64,000 bases of DNA from Bacteroidetes bacterium CG2_30_33_31 (GTDB lineage Bacteria; Bacteroidota; Bacteroidia; Bacteroidales; UBA1556). Numbering within the stretch: position 1 is the first letter of the stretch; the number at the start of each line of letters is the position of its first letter. The position numbers were made by a program, and so were the translations under genes. A model generated the notes under the pieces. It ran no database searches. It was not told where the DNA came from and saw only the letters and a list, made by a program, of their open reading frames with translations. The stretch lies in assembly GCA_001872625.1 (NCBI GenBank), contig MNXP01000008.1, positions 38,269 through 102,268 on the forward strand, in the 5' to 3' direction. Below are positions 29,401-38,847 of this stretch, in pieces.

Positions 29401-29885
29401 GTTATGGAAGTTTGATGAAACAAATTGCTGATTTCGTGGCAAAAATGACTAACGAAGACATTAATGCTTTTGAAAAAAACGCTTCTCTGATAGCAACAAT
29501 TCAGGGTAATATTATTGAATTTGAACCTGGAGATTTAGAAATTTTGGCGCAAGATATTCCAGGCTGGGCGGTTGCTACATTTAATAATCTTACTATTGCA
29601 TTGGATCTTACACTTACCGACGAACTTATCGATGAGGGTTTGGCAAGAGATTTTATAAATAGAATTCAAAATCTACGTAAGGACTTAAATTTTGATGTTA
29701 CCGACAAGATTTCTATTTGTGTTGAAAAGAATGATAAAATAACTACTGTGATAAGTAAATATTTTGAGTATATTTGTTCGGAAACCTTAGCCACCGATAT
29801 CAAGAATTGTGAGACTAAAGGTGAAGCGATTGAAATAAGCCAAGATTTATTTTTACGCATTGGTTTAAAGAGAGTTATTAACTAA
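26457..29885 (+). CDS. ileS: Isoleucine--tRNA ligase (long, type 2 form)
   Basis: HIGH-type motif PSANGVPGIHHV, KMSKRLGN (KMSKS), and the CP1 editing region. The 1142-aa length is typical of Bacteroidota IleRS. Confidence 0.97.
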   Translation: MKQKYNTYNSLNLPELADEVQKAWEDNNIFDKSISNRDGKPSFVFYEGPPSANGVPGIHHVMARTIKDMFCRYKTLKGFQVDRKGGWDTHGLPVEISVEKTLGITKEDIGKKISVEEYNLACRTEVMKYKNLWDDLTRKMGYWVDLENPYITFDNKYIESVWYLLKQLYNKQLLYKGYTIQPYSPAAGTGLSTHELNQPGCYRDVKDQTAVAQFKIIKNSKSAFLFENVDTDIFFLAWTTTPWTLPSNTALAVGTKIHYLKVSTFNAYTGIKEVVILAKELLSNYFPEKNKDLSFDGFKPGDKNIPFFIMDEFIGNEFLGIDYEQLIDFVKPDGKAFEVIKGDFVTTEDGTGIVHIAPTFGADDVRAAKASGICPLILIDRDGERRPMVDLQGRFFRLEDLSSDFVKEFVNVHSYSEFAGRYVKNAYDESLSETDSSLDVDLSVMLKKENKAFKIEKHIHNYPHCWRTDKPILYYPLDSWFIKTTAYKERMIELNKTINWKPKATGEGRFGNWLENLVDWNLSRSRFWGIPLPIWVTEDRSEQICVGSAEELQSEILKSIGKGFMTKNPLQNFDSKNMSKENYESFDLHRPYVDDIFLVSASGKKMIREADLIDVWFDSGSMPYAQLHYPFENKEKLNNLFPADFIAEGVDQTRGWFFTLHAIATMAFDSVAYKAVISNGLVLDKNGNKMSKRLGNAVDPFITLKKFGSDATRWYMITNAQPWDNLKFDEDGIAEVQRKFFGTLYNTYSFFALYANIDGFQYKEPEIPFEERPELDRWILSELNSLIQNVENSLDYFEPTKAGRFIQSFVDEYLSNWYVRLSRRRFWKGDYSLDKISAYQTLYQCLTVVAKLASPIAPFFTDKLFNDLNSITKKEQSESIHLCDFPVANPNYIQKDLEERMQLSQQYCSMVLSLRKKAKIRVRQPLNKIMIPVSDKHIQNQINLVKDLILAEVNVKEIEYIHDDKNIVVKIAKPNFKNLGPRYGSLMKQIADFVAKMTNEDINAFEKNASLIATIQGNIIEFEPGDLEILAQDIPGWAVATFNNLTIALDLTLTDELIDEGLARDFINRIQNLRKDLNFDVTDKISICVEKNDKITTVISKYFEYICSETLATDIKNCETKGEAIEISQDLFLRIGLKRVIN

Positions 29886-29900
29886 TAAATTTTTTGAATT

Positions 29901-30293
29901 ATGGAAAATACTGAAGAAAAAACAAAATATTCTGCTGAGGAATTGGAGGAATTTAGACAAATAATACTTAAGAAAATTGAAGAAGCCAAAGATGATATGA
30001 AAATGCTTGACGATGCTGCCAAGAATTCTGGCGAAAATGACATCAACGATACCTCGCCAACTTTCAAGGTATTGGAAGAAGGATATAACGTGATGAGCAA
30101 AGAAGAGAATAGCCAATTTGCTGTTCGTCAGGGCAAGTTTATAAAAAGTCTTGAGGCTGCATTGGAGAGAATAGATAATGGGACTTATGGAATTTGCAGA
30201 GAAACAGGCAAGTTGATTTCCAAGGAAAGATTAAGAAGTGTTCCTCATGCTACTCTTAGCATTGACGCAAAAAAAAGAATGCAAAAACCATAA
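29901..30293 (+). CDS. DksA/TraR-family regulator (degenerate zinc finger)
   Basis: Coiled-coil N-terminus, then ALERIDNGTYGICRETGKLISKERLRSVPHATLS, which has only one Cys. Conserved position between ileS and lspA. Confidence 0.8.
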   Translation: MENTEEKTKYSAEELEEFRQIILKKIEEAKDDMKMLDDAAKNSGENDINDTSPTFKVLEEGYNVMSKEENSQFAVRQGKFIKSLEAALERIDNGTYGICRETGKLISKERLRSVPHATLSIDAKKRMQKP

Positions 30294-30305
30294 ATTATTT
30301 GAATT

Positions 30306-30938
30306 TTGAAGAAAGCAGTAATTACGGTTTTAATAGTTCTATTTTTAGATCAATTTATTAAAATTTGGGTTAAATCCCACATGGAAATTGGTGATTCAAT
30401 ACCAGTGCTGGGCTCTTGGTTTTACCTTCATTTTGTCGAGAATGTGGGCATGGCTTATGGCATGACCATTGGCGGCAGCTGGGGTAAATTAGCTCTGAGC
30501 ATTTTTAGAATTTTAGCTATTGGAGGTATTGGTTATTATCTTTACACCATCATCATCAAAAAATATCATTCGCTTCTGATAATAAGCATTTCACTAATTT
30601 TCGCTGGCGCTATTGGCAATGTGCTCGACAGCGCTTTTTATGGACTTATTTTCAGCGAAAGCGGACCAATCACTCTGGCGACAATGTTTCCCGATGGTGG
30701 TGGTTACGCAGGTTTCCTTTATGGAAAAGTTGTAGATATGTTTTATTTTCCTATGTTTGAGGGAATTTGGCCAAACTGGATGCCCTTTGTAGGAGGCGAT
30801 TATTATCTGTTTTTTCAGCCAGTTTTTAATATCGCCGACGCTTCTATAAGTATAGGTGTGGCGATTCTAATTATTTTTCAGAAGAAGTTTTATACTGGCA
30901 AAAAAACTGTTTATACAGAGGATGAAGAAGAAATATAG
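30306..30938 (+). CDS. lspA: Lipoprotein signal peptidase (signal peptidase II), TTG start
   Basis: Four TM helices with LDQFIKIWV, GAIGNVLDS, VDMFYF and FNIADASISIGV motifs. Confidence 0.9.
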   Translation: MKKAVITVLIVLFLDQFIKIWVKSHMEIGDSIPVLGSWFYLHFVENVGMAYGMTIGGSWGKLALSIFRILAIGGIGYYLYTIIIKKYHSLLIISISLIFAGAIGNVLDSAFYGLIFSESGPITLATMFPDGGGYAGFLYGKVVDMFYFPMFEGIWPNWMPFVGGDYYLFFQPVFNIADASISIGVAILIIFQKKFYTGKKTVYTEDEEEI

Positions 30939-30941
30939 CCT

Positions 30942-31613
30942 ATGGTACAGCTGTTTATCGATGGAATTTTATTAGGATTTATTGTCTCTCTGTCTATTGG
31001 TCCAGCATTTTTTGCTACCATTCAGACAGGAATAAATAGAGGTTTTAAATATGGCGCTTTTTTTTCTTTTGGCGTTCTTCTAAGTGATATTTCGCTCGTA
31101 ATTATAAGCTATCTAATTGGTGCAAGGCTGTTTGATGATCCAAAAAGCAAAGTCTTTATCGGACTTATTGGAGGCATAATTTTAATAATTTTTGGTTCGG
31201 TAAGCTGGGCAAAAAAACCAGATATCCTTAAAAGAAGAAATATTAATTATAAAACTCCACTAAAACAAACTTCTTTGTTGGCATATCCTTTAAAAGGTTT
31301 TTTCCTAAATATTATAAATCCATTTCTGTTTGTTTTCTGGTTTGGGGCTTTAGGTTTTGTCGGTAAATTAGCGCCTGAAGGTGAATTGCTCCGCTCAACA
31401 GTGATATTTTTTAGCGGCACATTTACCATAACCATCTCTGCCGATTTGCTTAAAAGTTATATTGGCAATAAGATTAAAAATTTTCTTAATCCTCGTAAGG
31501 AATTATTACTAAATAAAATAGTCGGAATTGCCTTGGTAATTTTTGGAATAGCTCTAATCTTTAGAACTTTAAATGAGTACGGATTCTTTGATTATATTAT
31601 GAATAAATTATAA
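30942..31613 (+). CDS. LysE-family amino-acid exporter
   Basis: Six-TM protein with an N-terminal GPAFFATIQTGINRG-type motif and NPFLFVFWFG. Confidence 0.82.
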   Translation: MVQLFIDGILLGFIVSLSIGPAFFATIQTGINRGFKYGAFFSFGVLLSDISLVIISYLIGARLFDDPKSKVFIGLIGGIILIIFGSVSWAKKPDILKRRNINYKTPLKQTSLLAYPLKGFFLNIINPFLFVFWFGALGFVGKLAPEGELLRSTVIFFSGTFTITISADLLKSYIGNKIKNFLNPRKELLLNKIVGIALVIFGIALIFRTLNEYGFFDYIMNKL

Positions 31614-31617
31614 TAAA

Positions 31618-32403
31618 TCATTTTCTTAAAGAAAAATTCTGCTTGCTAAACCCCGAACTTATAAAGATTACTCCCATGGTAAAGAAATCTAAAGTGATTG
31701 TTACATTTTTATTGGCTTTAATTTCTTTCCAAGCATTTAACATTTCTTCCGACCATCTTATATCGTCAAAAATAAAAACCGAGTTGTTTTTTGAATATTT
31801 TAAAGCGATTTCAAAATACCGTAAAGTAGCTTCATATCTGTGGTTTCCATCAAAAATAAATGCATCAGCATTTTTAATTTTATTCATCAACTCTGGAAAT
31901 ATTTCATCGAAATTACCTTTTAATAGATGAAGATTCTTATTGGCCTTTGAGTCAAATATTTTTTTTGCTACATTTGCTATCTCCTGCGAACCTTCGATAG
32001 TAAATAATTCTGTTTCAGGATTTTCAAGATTTATAAGTAAAGCTGTTGTGCCAAATGAAGTTCCCAGTTCTACCACAGTTTTTGCGTTTGTAAATTGAAT
32101 AATCCTTGAAATAAAACTCGCCTCATTTATATTTTTTAATGAGCTTTTTGCCAAGGCACTTATTGATAGATTATTTTTTGAAAGAGTTTTTGAACCAGCA
32201 CCTAAATCATTATGAAATATCTTAATATGATTGTTAAGAAGCTCTTTTCTTATAGACTTTATTATTTCCTGCGATGAGGCTGTTGTTTTTGATTTAAAGC
32301 AATTATTATAAAAATCATAAACAAAAGGTGAATGAATTTTAAAAGCGTTTTTTGATTTCAACGCATATCTTATCCATTCAACAATTAGAATTGATTTTCT
32401 CAA
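31618..32403 (-). CDS. Class I SAM-dependent methyltransferase (O-methyltransferase-like)
   Basis: Motif I VVELGTSFGTTAL and post-I FIFDGNH...FIFDDIRWS. Confidence 0.72.
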   Translation of the reverse strand: MRKSILIVEWIRYALKSKNAFKIHSPFVYDFYNNCFKSKTTASSQEIIKSIRKELLNNHIKIFHNDLGAGSKTLSKNNLSISALAKSSLKNINEASFISRIIQFTNAKTVVELGTSFGTTALLINLENPETELFTIEGSQEIANVAKKIFDSKANKNLHLLKGNFDEIFPELMNKIKNADAFIFDGNHRYEATLRYFEIALKYSKNNSVFIFDDIRWSEEMLNAWKEIKANKNVTITLDFFTMGVIFISSGFSKQNFSLRK

Positions 32404-32424
32404 AATTTTATGTATATAAAAATT

Positions 32425-32676
32425 CTAAACGGGCATATTTATAGCTTCCACAGATTTTATTTCGGGAAGTGCTTTTATCATTGCTTGTTCCACACCTTGC
32501 TTTAAAGTCATAATACTCATGGAACAAGAGGCGCATGCTCCATGCAATTCTACATTCACCACATTATCCTCTGTCAAATTTACAAAGGTAATATCGCCGC
32601 CGTCAGCTTCCAAATATGGTCTTATTTGATCAATAACATTATTGATTTTCTGAATTAATTTATCGTTATTTTCCAT
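32425..32676 (-). CDS. NifU-like Fe-S cluster assembly domain protein
   Basis: IRPYLEADGGDITFV....V.VELHGACASCSMS..TLK.GVE is the Nfu/NifU C-terminal domain CxxC motif. Confidence 0.87.
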   Translation of the reverse strand: MENNDKLIQKINNVIDQIRPYLEADGGDITFVNLTEDNVVNVELHGACASCSMSIMTLKQGVEQAMIKALPEIKSVEAINMPV

Positions 32677-32817
32677 GTTTAGGTTTTTAAACTACTGATT
32701 ATTAAATTAATAAATTTTATGTTCTATGTATTCCAGAATGATAAAAAACAATAAATTTTGCTTTTAATTGACTGATATTTGGCATTGAACATTTTTATAT
32801 ATTCTATAAAAAAGAAA

Positions 32818-33945
32818 TTAATCTGTTGCACAACCAGCACCAGATTTCATTTGTACTTTTTTAGTTGGATTCATTTGTGTATTTCTCCATTCAATTCTAT
32901 CAATTACATTTTTAGCCAATAGGCCGAAAGCTATTCCCATTGGGTTAATTTCGTCTAAGGCAATCGGACGTCCTTTGTCGCCAGATTCCATAATACTTTG
33001 CACAATAGGTATTTCTCCAAGAAGTGGAACATCCAATTCTTTAGCAAGATTTTTACAGCCATCTTTGCCAAAGAGATAATATTTATTGTTAGGGAGTTCG
33101 GCAGGAGTGAAATAAGCCATGTTTTCTACCAAACCCAAAACAGGGACATTAATATCTTTTTGTTGATACATAGCCACACCCTTTTTAGCGTCAGCTAAAG
33201 CAACTTTTTGCGGCGTACTTACCACTATAACACCAGTTACGGCTAAGGTTTGAACTAAAGTCAAATGAATGTCGCCAGTACCAGGAGGCATATCCAAAAC
33301 AACATAATCCAATTTTCCCCAATCTCCTTCATTTATCAGTTGACTTAGCGCATTTGAGGCCATAGAACCTCGCCAAATAAGGGCTTTATTTGGGTCAACA
33401 AAAAAACCTACAGAGAGTATTTTGATGCCAAATTTTTCTATTGGAAGAATTAATGTTTTGCCATCAACTTGAGTTGCAGCAGGCTTCAGATCTTCAACGC
33501 CAAACATCATGGGAATGGAAGGCCCCCAAATATCGGCATCCAAAAGACCAACTTTTGCGCCTGTTCGAGCTAATGCTACTGCCAGATTTGCTGCCACCGT
33601 GGATTTTCCAACACCACCTTTGCCACTCGAAACGGCAATAATATTTTTGACTCCGCTTAATGGCTTCGAAGGCGCTTTAAAATTTGCTGCTTCAAATATT
33701 TTTTTTGTTTGCGTTATTTCAACTTCTACTGCTTCTTCAAGATAAAACTTTAATGTTTTTTCGGCTGCCTTAATTAATGATTTTGCAAATGGGTCTTTGC
33801 CACTTTTAGCTACTAAGTCAAATTTTATTTTAAGTCCTTCAATTGTTAAATTTTCTACCATGCCAATTTCAACAAGGCCTTTTCCTGACTCAGGATGCTT
33901 TACAAGATTTAAAATTTCTAAAACTTTATCGGTACTATATTTCAT
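32818..33945 (-). CDS. apbC: Mrp/NBP35 (ApbC) Fe-S cluster carrier ATPase
   Basis: N-terminal DUF59-like domain, deviant Walker A SGKGGVGKST, VLDMPPGTGD, and C-terminal Cys. Confidence 0.92.
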   Translation of the reverse strand: MKYSTDKVLEILNLVKHPESGKGLVEIGMVENLTIEGLKIKFDLVAKSGKDPFAKSLIKAAEKTLKFYLEEAVEVEITQTKKIFEAANFKAPSKPLSGVKNIIAVSSGKGGVGKSTVAANLAVALARTGAKVGLLDADIWGPSIPMMFGVEDLKPAATQVDGKTLILPIEKFGIKILSVGFFVDPNKALIWRGSMASNALSQLINEGDWGKLDYVVLDMPPGTGDIHLTLVQTLAVTGVIVVSTPQKVALADAKKGVAMYQQKDINVPVLGLVENMAYFTPAELPNNKYYLFGKDGCKNLAKELDVPLLGEIPIVQSIMESGDKGRPIALDEINPMGIAFGLLAKNVIDRIEWRNTQMNPTKKVQMKSGAGCATD

Positions 33946-34235
33946 GTAATAATCTGTATATTAAATTGTTAAAAAAATCAAAAGATAAATTTATTATCTT
34001 TATTTAGATTGCGTAAAGATAAGATAATTTTTTATTATGCTAATTCTTTTATTTGTTTTTTTCTAATATAAATTTCACTTTAGATTAAAATCAAATTATT
34101 TGTTTTTAAATATTAATAAATTAATAGCTGTGAATTTATTGGTTATTTTTCAAAAATTATTGTTAATTACTTTTAATTGCTCTTATAATTTTATTTTGTT
34201 TAAGCATTTATTTTTGACTTTCTAAATCTAACATT

Positions 34236-35468
34236 ATGAAAATAAAGAATATTCTTTTTATAATTATGGGCATTGCAGTTTTTCTAGGTACCATATTTTA
34301 TTATATTAATTCAAGAAATGAGGAAGAATCTGCTGATAAAGACCAAGAAGTTATCAAGGAAAAAATAGACAAGCGCTTTATTTATAGTCTTCGTTTTGCA
34401 AATTTTATGGTGGATGGAAATAAAATTAAAGAAGGAGAAACCATGTCTGATATACTTTTGCCTGCTGGGGTTTCCTATTCCAGAATTAATAATTTAATGA
34501 TAAATACAAATAAAGTTTTTGATTTAAGAAATATGAGATCTGGCAACAATTATTTTTTGTTTTTCAATAAGGATAGTGTTCCAGAATTGAAATATATGGT
34601 TTATGAAATTAATAAAATCGACTATGTAAAATATGAATTTGGCGATAGCATTTCTGCCTCTCTGGGTCATAGAAAAATTACCAGAGATACTATTTTGGGT
34701 CAAGGTGAAATTAATTCATCATTATGGAGTTCGATGCAAAAAGACGGATTGGATCCAAATTTAGCCTTGAGCTTATCAGAAATTTATGCATGGACTATTG
34801 ACTTTTATGGAATTCAAAAGGGTGATAAATATAAAGTAGTGTATGTGGTAAATTATATTGATTCTACTTATATCGGAATAGAAAAGATTCTCTCGGCTAA
34901 ATTCACTAATGCTGGCATCAATTATTACTCATTCATTTATAAGCAAGATGGTGCTGAATCCTATTTTGATGAAAAAGGTCAGAGTCTGAAAAGGGCTTTT
35001 CTGAAAGCACCATTAAAATTTGCGCGAATTAGCTCAACTTTTTCTAATAGCCGTATGCATCCAATATTGAAAATTAGGAGACCTCATTATGGAGTAGATT
35101 ATGCGGCTCCTTCAGGAACTCCTATTATGTCAATTGGAAATGGGAAGATTTTAACTGCTGGATGGAGTGGAGGTTATGGGCGTAGAATTGTTATAAAACA
35201 TAACTCTAATTATACAACTGGTTATGCTCATTTGTCACATTTTGGAAATGGAATTAGAGCAGGAACCTTTGTAAAACAAGGTCAAATAATCGGATATGTA
35301 GGCATGTCGGGTTTGGCTACCGGACCTCATCTCGATTTTAGAATTTATAATAATGGAAAACCTATAGATCCTTTAAGGATAAAATCGCCACCTGCAATTC
35401 CTATTTATAATGAAAATAAAGCTGATTTTTTGGAATTGAGAGACAAATGGATGAATCAATTAAAATAG
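34236..35468 (+). CDS. M23-family peptidoglycan metalloendopeptidase
   Basis: TM anchor, then HYGVDYAAPSGTPI...GYAHLS...QGQIIGYVGMSGLATGPHLDFR (HxxxD / HxH M23 motifs). Confidence 0.88.
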   Translation: MKIKNILFIIMGIAVFLGTIFYYINSRNEEESADKDQEVIKEKIDKRFIYSLRFANFMVDGNKIKEGETMSDILLPAGVSYSRINNLMINTNKVFDLRNMRSGNNYFLFFNKDSVPELKYMVYEINKIDYVKYEFGDSISASLGHRKITRDTILGQGEINSSLWSSMQKDGLDPNLALSLSEIYAWTIDFYGIQKGDKYKVVYVVNYIDSTYIGIEKILSAKFTNAGINYYSFIYKQDGAESYFDEKGQSLKRAFLKAPLKFARISSTFSNSRMHPILKIRRPHYGVDYAAPSGTPIMSIGNGKILTAGWSGGYGRRIVIKHNSNYTTGYAHLSHFGNGIRAGTFVKQGQIIGYVGMSGLATGPHLDFRIYNNGKPIDPLRIKSPPAIPIYNENKADFLELRDKWMNQLK

Positions 35469-35494
35469 ATTTGGAACTTAGCTAATCTTTAATT

Positions 35495-38400
35495 TTATTG
35501 ATTAATAAAATCTAAGGGAACTACTTTGGCATCTTTAAAACCAGATTTTATTATCCTTTTCATTAGTTTGTTGGCAGTGGATTTTTTATCTAATGTTTCA
35601 GTAAAATAAATATATCCCCCTTGAACTCCAATAACACAATTTATAGTTGCAATGTCATTTATTGCTTTAAAAGTAGCGGCAGTCTCCCTCGAACCTTCGC
35701 CTTCAAAAATCTTTACTACCCATTTACTTGAGTCATTTTTGATATTTGAAATAGGTATATATGCTGTATCAATAATTTCTCTATCGGCTATATTTGCACT
35801 CGTATCTTCAGTAGTTATTTGTTTATTTTGAGTTGACCTCTGAATTGGCATTACAGGTTTATTTGTATTGCTAATTCTCATTGTTCTTTCTTTTTCTACA
35901 AGGTAAAAACTTACGTTATAATTTTCAAAATCTTTGGTTACATTCAGAGGAATATTATTTTGTAAAAATTCAAATCTACTGCCAATGGCGGCATCATTTA
36001 TAATTATTTGATAATTTCCATTTGGAGCAAAAAGCACAAAAAGTCCATCCTTGTCGGTAAGTGTGCTAAAGGTTTTACCATTATCCACATTCATTGCCGT
36101 TACTCTAATATTTCCAAGAAATACAGATTTATTGTCGGTATATTTTGCCCTTTCCATAAGAATACCACCACTTATACGAGCACCTTTGCTAAGAGGAATA
36201 TAAATGGTTTTATTTTTATCAATAGTTCTATAAAATGTCTTTCCATCAAACCAGCCGCCCATCGTAGTAAGTGGTTTGGCTGTAATTACGTAATCTCCCA
36301 TTGGCAAATTATCATATTCAACCATGCCTTTGGAATTGGTAACCAATTCATAAACTTTCACTGGAGCATTAAAATCTTCTGAACTTTCTGGAGTGTTTGT
36401 TATTGTGTCATTTTTACAAAGCATTATTAACATTTCAGTGATGCCCTTTTCATTTGGATCTTGAACTCCATTACCATTTAAATCTCTGAAAGCTATTACA
36501 TTTACTTTATAAAAACGCTTTAATCCAGTTGGCATATTGACATTAAATTTTATTCCTGCGCCAAATTCAAACCTATTGGAAGTTGATTCTGGTACAATTT
36601 CTTCGGTATAAGTATTAGATTCGGCATGATATTGATTTCTTGTATAAGCGCCTTCACCATAAAACATATAACGAGCATATAAGCTAAATCTGAAACCGTT
36701 TGGAGCATAATAAAAAAGCTCTGGCCTTGTAATAAACTGATTTCTATCGTGTATTGTGGTATAAAAATGATTAATGTTAAAATTTATTTTCATTTTATTA
36801 TCCAAAAACCAATAATCGTAAAATAAGGTTGTATAAATCTTTTGTGGATTTATTTTTGTTCTAATATAGTCAACTTGCTCTATGGTATAATATGGGCCAT
36901 AATAGTATCTTGTGTTAAATTGAAATCTTTTATACCTCAATGATGATTGAACATAAGTTACAAATATATCCTTCGACCCAGCTACTCTTTGAAATTTTGT
37001 ATATCCTGCAAAAGCAGTGGTGTAAAATTTGAAAGACGTTTTTGATAATCGTCTGTATTCGAAAGCCATCCCAGCAGTACTCGATTCAATCGGATTTGAA
37101 TTAACAGTATAATATGTAGGCTGAAAAATAAACACATTTTGCTCTTTTTGATAGCTTAATTTCAGACTGTAATTGTCTTGAATATTGTATAAACTATCGT
37201 TTGTAAGTCTTCCAAAAGTATAAATATTAGGATTGAAATTGAAGCGATAGCCCGATGCCGAAAGAGTATATTGTTGGTTAATTCTATATCGTGCACTTGA
37301 TGATATTGAAAAAGTTCCACGAAGGGGACTATAATCCTTAGATCCGTAATATGAATTGGCTGTAAAACTCAGCTTCTTGAAATTGCCTGAATATCCTATT
37401 TTCCAGCCATAGCCAGTTAACTTTTTCTCGGCACCTGTTACCCAATTTAAGTTTTCCAAACTATAACCGCCACCAAATCTAATCATCTGATTTCTTGCGA
37501 CTTGATAATTCCAATCACTCGTGCCAAAATCGCCTACTACTTTATTCCAGTCATTATTTATATGTTGATAATAGTTATCGATATATAATTTTTTTCCTTT
37601 AAATGTGTGATATCCGCCAAAACCTTCTGCATAGTAATTATCAAAAAGTTTAGGTTTTCTTATGAACAATCCTCCTATAATATTAGAGCCAACATTTACT
37701 GATGCTTTAATACCTTTGCCATTAAGAGTGCTTCCTGGTCTATTAGACCCGATATCTCCTAATTCAAAAGCAAATCTTTTATGTGTGTAATTTAAGAAAA
37801 CATAATTTCCTAAATATGATTTTAAATCAATTTCATTTTTTACAAAATCTGCCTGATAATAGTATGTAAGAATGCTATTATTTGTGAATGTTTTGCTCCC
37901 AAAAATATTCAAAGATGAATAAGTGGTTTGCGAAAGCATATCGTAAGTATTTAGTTCAACTGTCATTGGGACAGACTCCACAGAGGCGTCCATGATTTTA
38001 GTGGAATTAGGAAGTTTTAAAAAATCAATATTTCCTGTCCATAATTTCGTTGTTCCACGGTCTGCAACACGCTCATTAGTAACTTTAATTTTAAGACGAT
38101 ATACTTTCGAATTTTCATTTTCATTAGAAATATTAGCGTTACTTTCTGGCAAAAATTCTTCGGTCTTATTTCTTAATGCAAGCCTAATTGTAGTATCTTT
38201 CCCTACTTTTAGAAATACTGAAAATTCATTCAAATTACTCGATTGAGTTTGTAAATTTACAAGCTCAATTTCTTTTTCGGGAAATAAGCTTACTTGCAAT
38301 GCTTCATCAGAATTGCCATTGTTGCTCAATCTTATTTCAAAATATGCAGTATCATTATTTCTACTGAAATATATTTTATTTTCGGGGGTGTAAACATTCC

Positions 38401-38830
38401 ATTGCGATAATTTGTTCACCTCAATGTACCAAATAGCATTTGTAATTGTAAAACTTTCGGAAGAAAGAAAAGCATTGACAACATAATTTGTATTCCCTTT
38501 AACATCAGAATAAGGTCTAACTCTAACAGGATAAAATGCTGAATCTTTGGCTTTAATGGTTATCTTTTGGCCTTCTTCTCCAAAAATTTTCCATGCTGCT
38601 GGAGGAGTTATTTGCAACATCAGCTCCATATCTTTGTTGGTATTATTTATAATACGCAATACATTGGTAGCTAATTCATTGCTTTTTATTTTAGACCTAT
38701 CAATTGCAAAATTCATATTAATACCGTAGGCATTCACATTTAAAGTTTTGCCATCTTGCGAAAAACCCTGAAGAAAGCAAGTAATTATTATAGCAAGTGT
38801 AAGCCAATATTTTTTTGAATTTGCTATCAT
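35495..38830 (-). CDS. 1111-aa secreted multidomain protein: two Ig-like domains, ~480-aa beta-barrel-like region, Cna-B/SdrD-B-like and CarboxypepD_reg-like domains, C-terminal SPOR-like domain. Candidate pore or platform of the pilin-like operon
   Basis: Signal peptide ...CFLQGFSQ. aa 27-280 contain patterns such as NVLRIINNTNKDMELMLQITPPAAWKI and YFEIRLSNNGNSDEALQVSL. aa ~290-775 are Tyr/Gly/Asn-rich with alternating amphipathic strands (KLSFTANSYYG, YTLSASGYRFNFN, FRFSLYARYMFYG, RFEFGAGIKFNV). FRDLNGNGVQDPNEKGI...GDYVITAKP is Cna-B/SdrD-B-like. NIRVTAMNVDNGKTFSTLTDKDGLFVLFAPNGNYQIII is CarboxypepD_reg-like. The end, KWVVKIFEGEGSRETAATFKAIN....GGYIYFTETLDKKSTANKLMKRIIKSGFKDAKVV, is SPOR-like. 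Confidence 0.75.
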   Translation of the reverse strand: MIANSKKYWLTLAIIITCFLQGFSQDGKTLNVNAYGINMNFAIDRSKIKSNELATNVLRIINNTNKDMELMLQITPPAAWKIFGEEGQKITIKAKDSAFYPVRVRPYSDVKGNTNYVVNAFLSSESFTITNAIWYIEVNKLSQWNVYTPENKIYFSRNNDTAYFEIRLSNNGNSDEALQVSLFPEKEIELVNLQTQSSNLNEFSVFLKVGKDTTIRLALRNKTEEFLPESNANISNENENSKVYRLKIKVTNERVADRGTTKLWTGNIDFLKLPNSTKIMDASVESVPMTVELNTYDMLSQTTYSSLNIFGSKTFTNNSILTYYYQADFVKNEIDLKSYLGNYVFLNYTHKRFAFELGDIGSNRPGSTLNGKGIKASVNVGSNIIGGLFIRKPKLFDNYYAEGFGGYHTFKGKKLYIDNYYQHINNDWNKVVGDFGTSDWNYQVARNQMIRFGGGYSLENLNWVTGAEKKLTGYGWKIGYSGNFKKLSFTANSYYGSKDYSPLRGTFSISSSARYRINQQYTLSASGYRFNFNPNIYTFGRLTNDSLYNIQDNYSLKLSYQKEQNVFIFQPTYYTVNSNPIESSTAGMAFEYRRLSKTSFKFYTTAFAGYTKFQRVAGSKDIFVTYVQSSLRYKRFQFNTRYYYGPYYTIEQVDYIRTKINPQKIYTTLFYDYWFLDNKMKINFNINHFYTTIHDRNQFITRPELFYYAPNGFRFSLYARYMFYGEGAYTRNQYHAESNTYTEEIVPESTSNRFEFGAGIKFNVNMPTGLKRFYKVNVIAFRDLNGNGVQDPNEKGITEMLIMLCKNDTITNTPESSEDFNAPVKVYELVTNSKGMVEYDNLPMGDYVITAKPLTTMGGWFDGKTFYRTIDKNKTIYIPLSKGARISGGILMERAKYTDNKSVFLGNIRVTAMNVDNGKTFSTLTDKDGLFVLFAPNGNYQIIINDAAIGSRFEFLQNNIPLNVTKDFENYNVSFYLVEKERTMRISNTNKPVMPIQRSTQNKQITTEDTSANIADREIIDTAYIPISNIKNDSSKWVVKIFEGEGSRETAATFKAINDIATINCVIGVQGGYIYFTETLDKKSTANKLMKRIIKSGFKDAKVVPLDFINQ

Positions 38831-38847
38831 GCTTTCTTTTAATTCTT

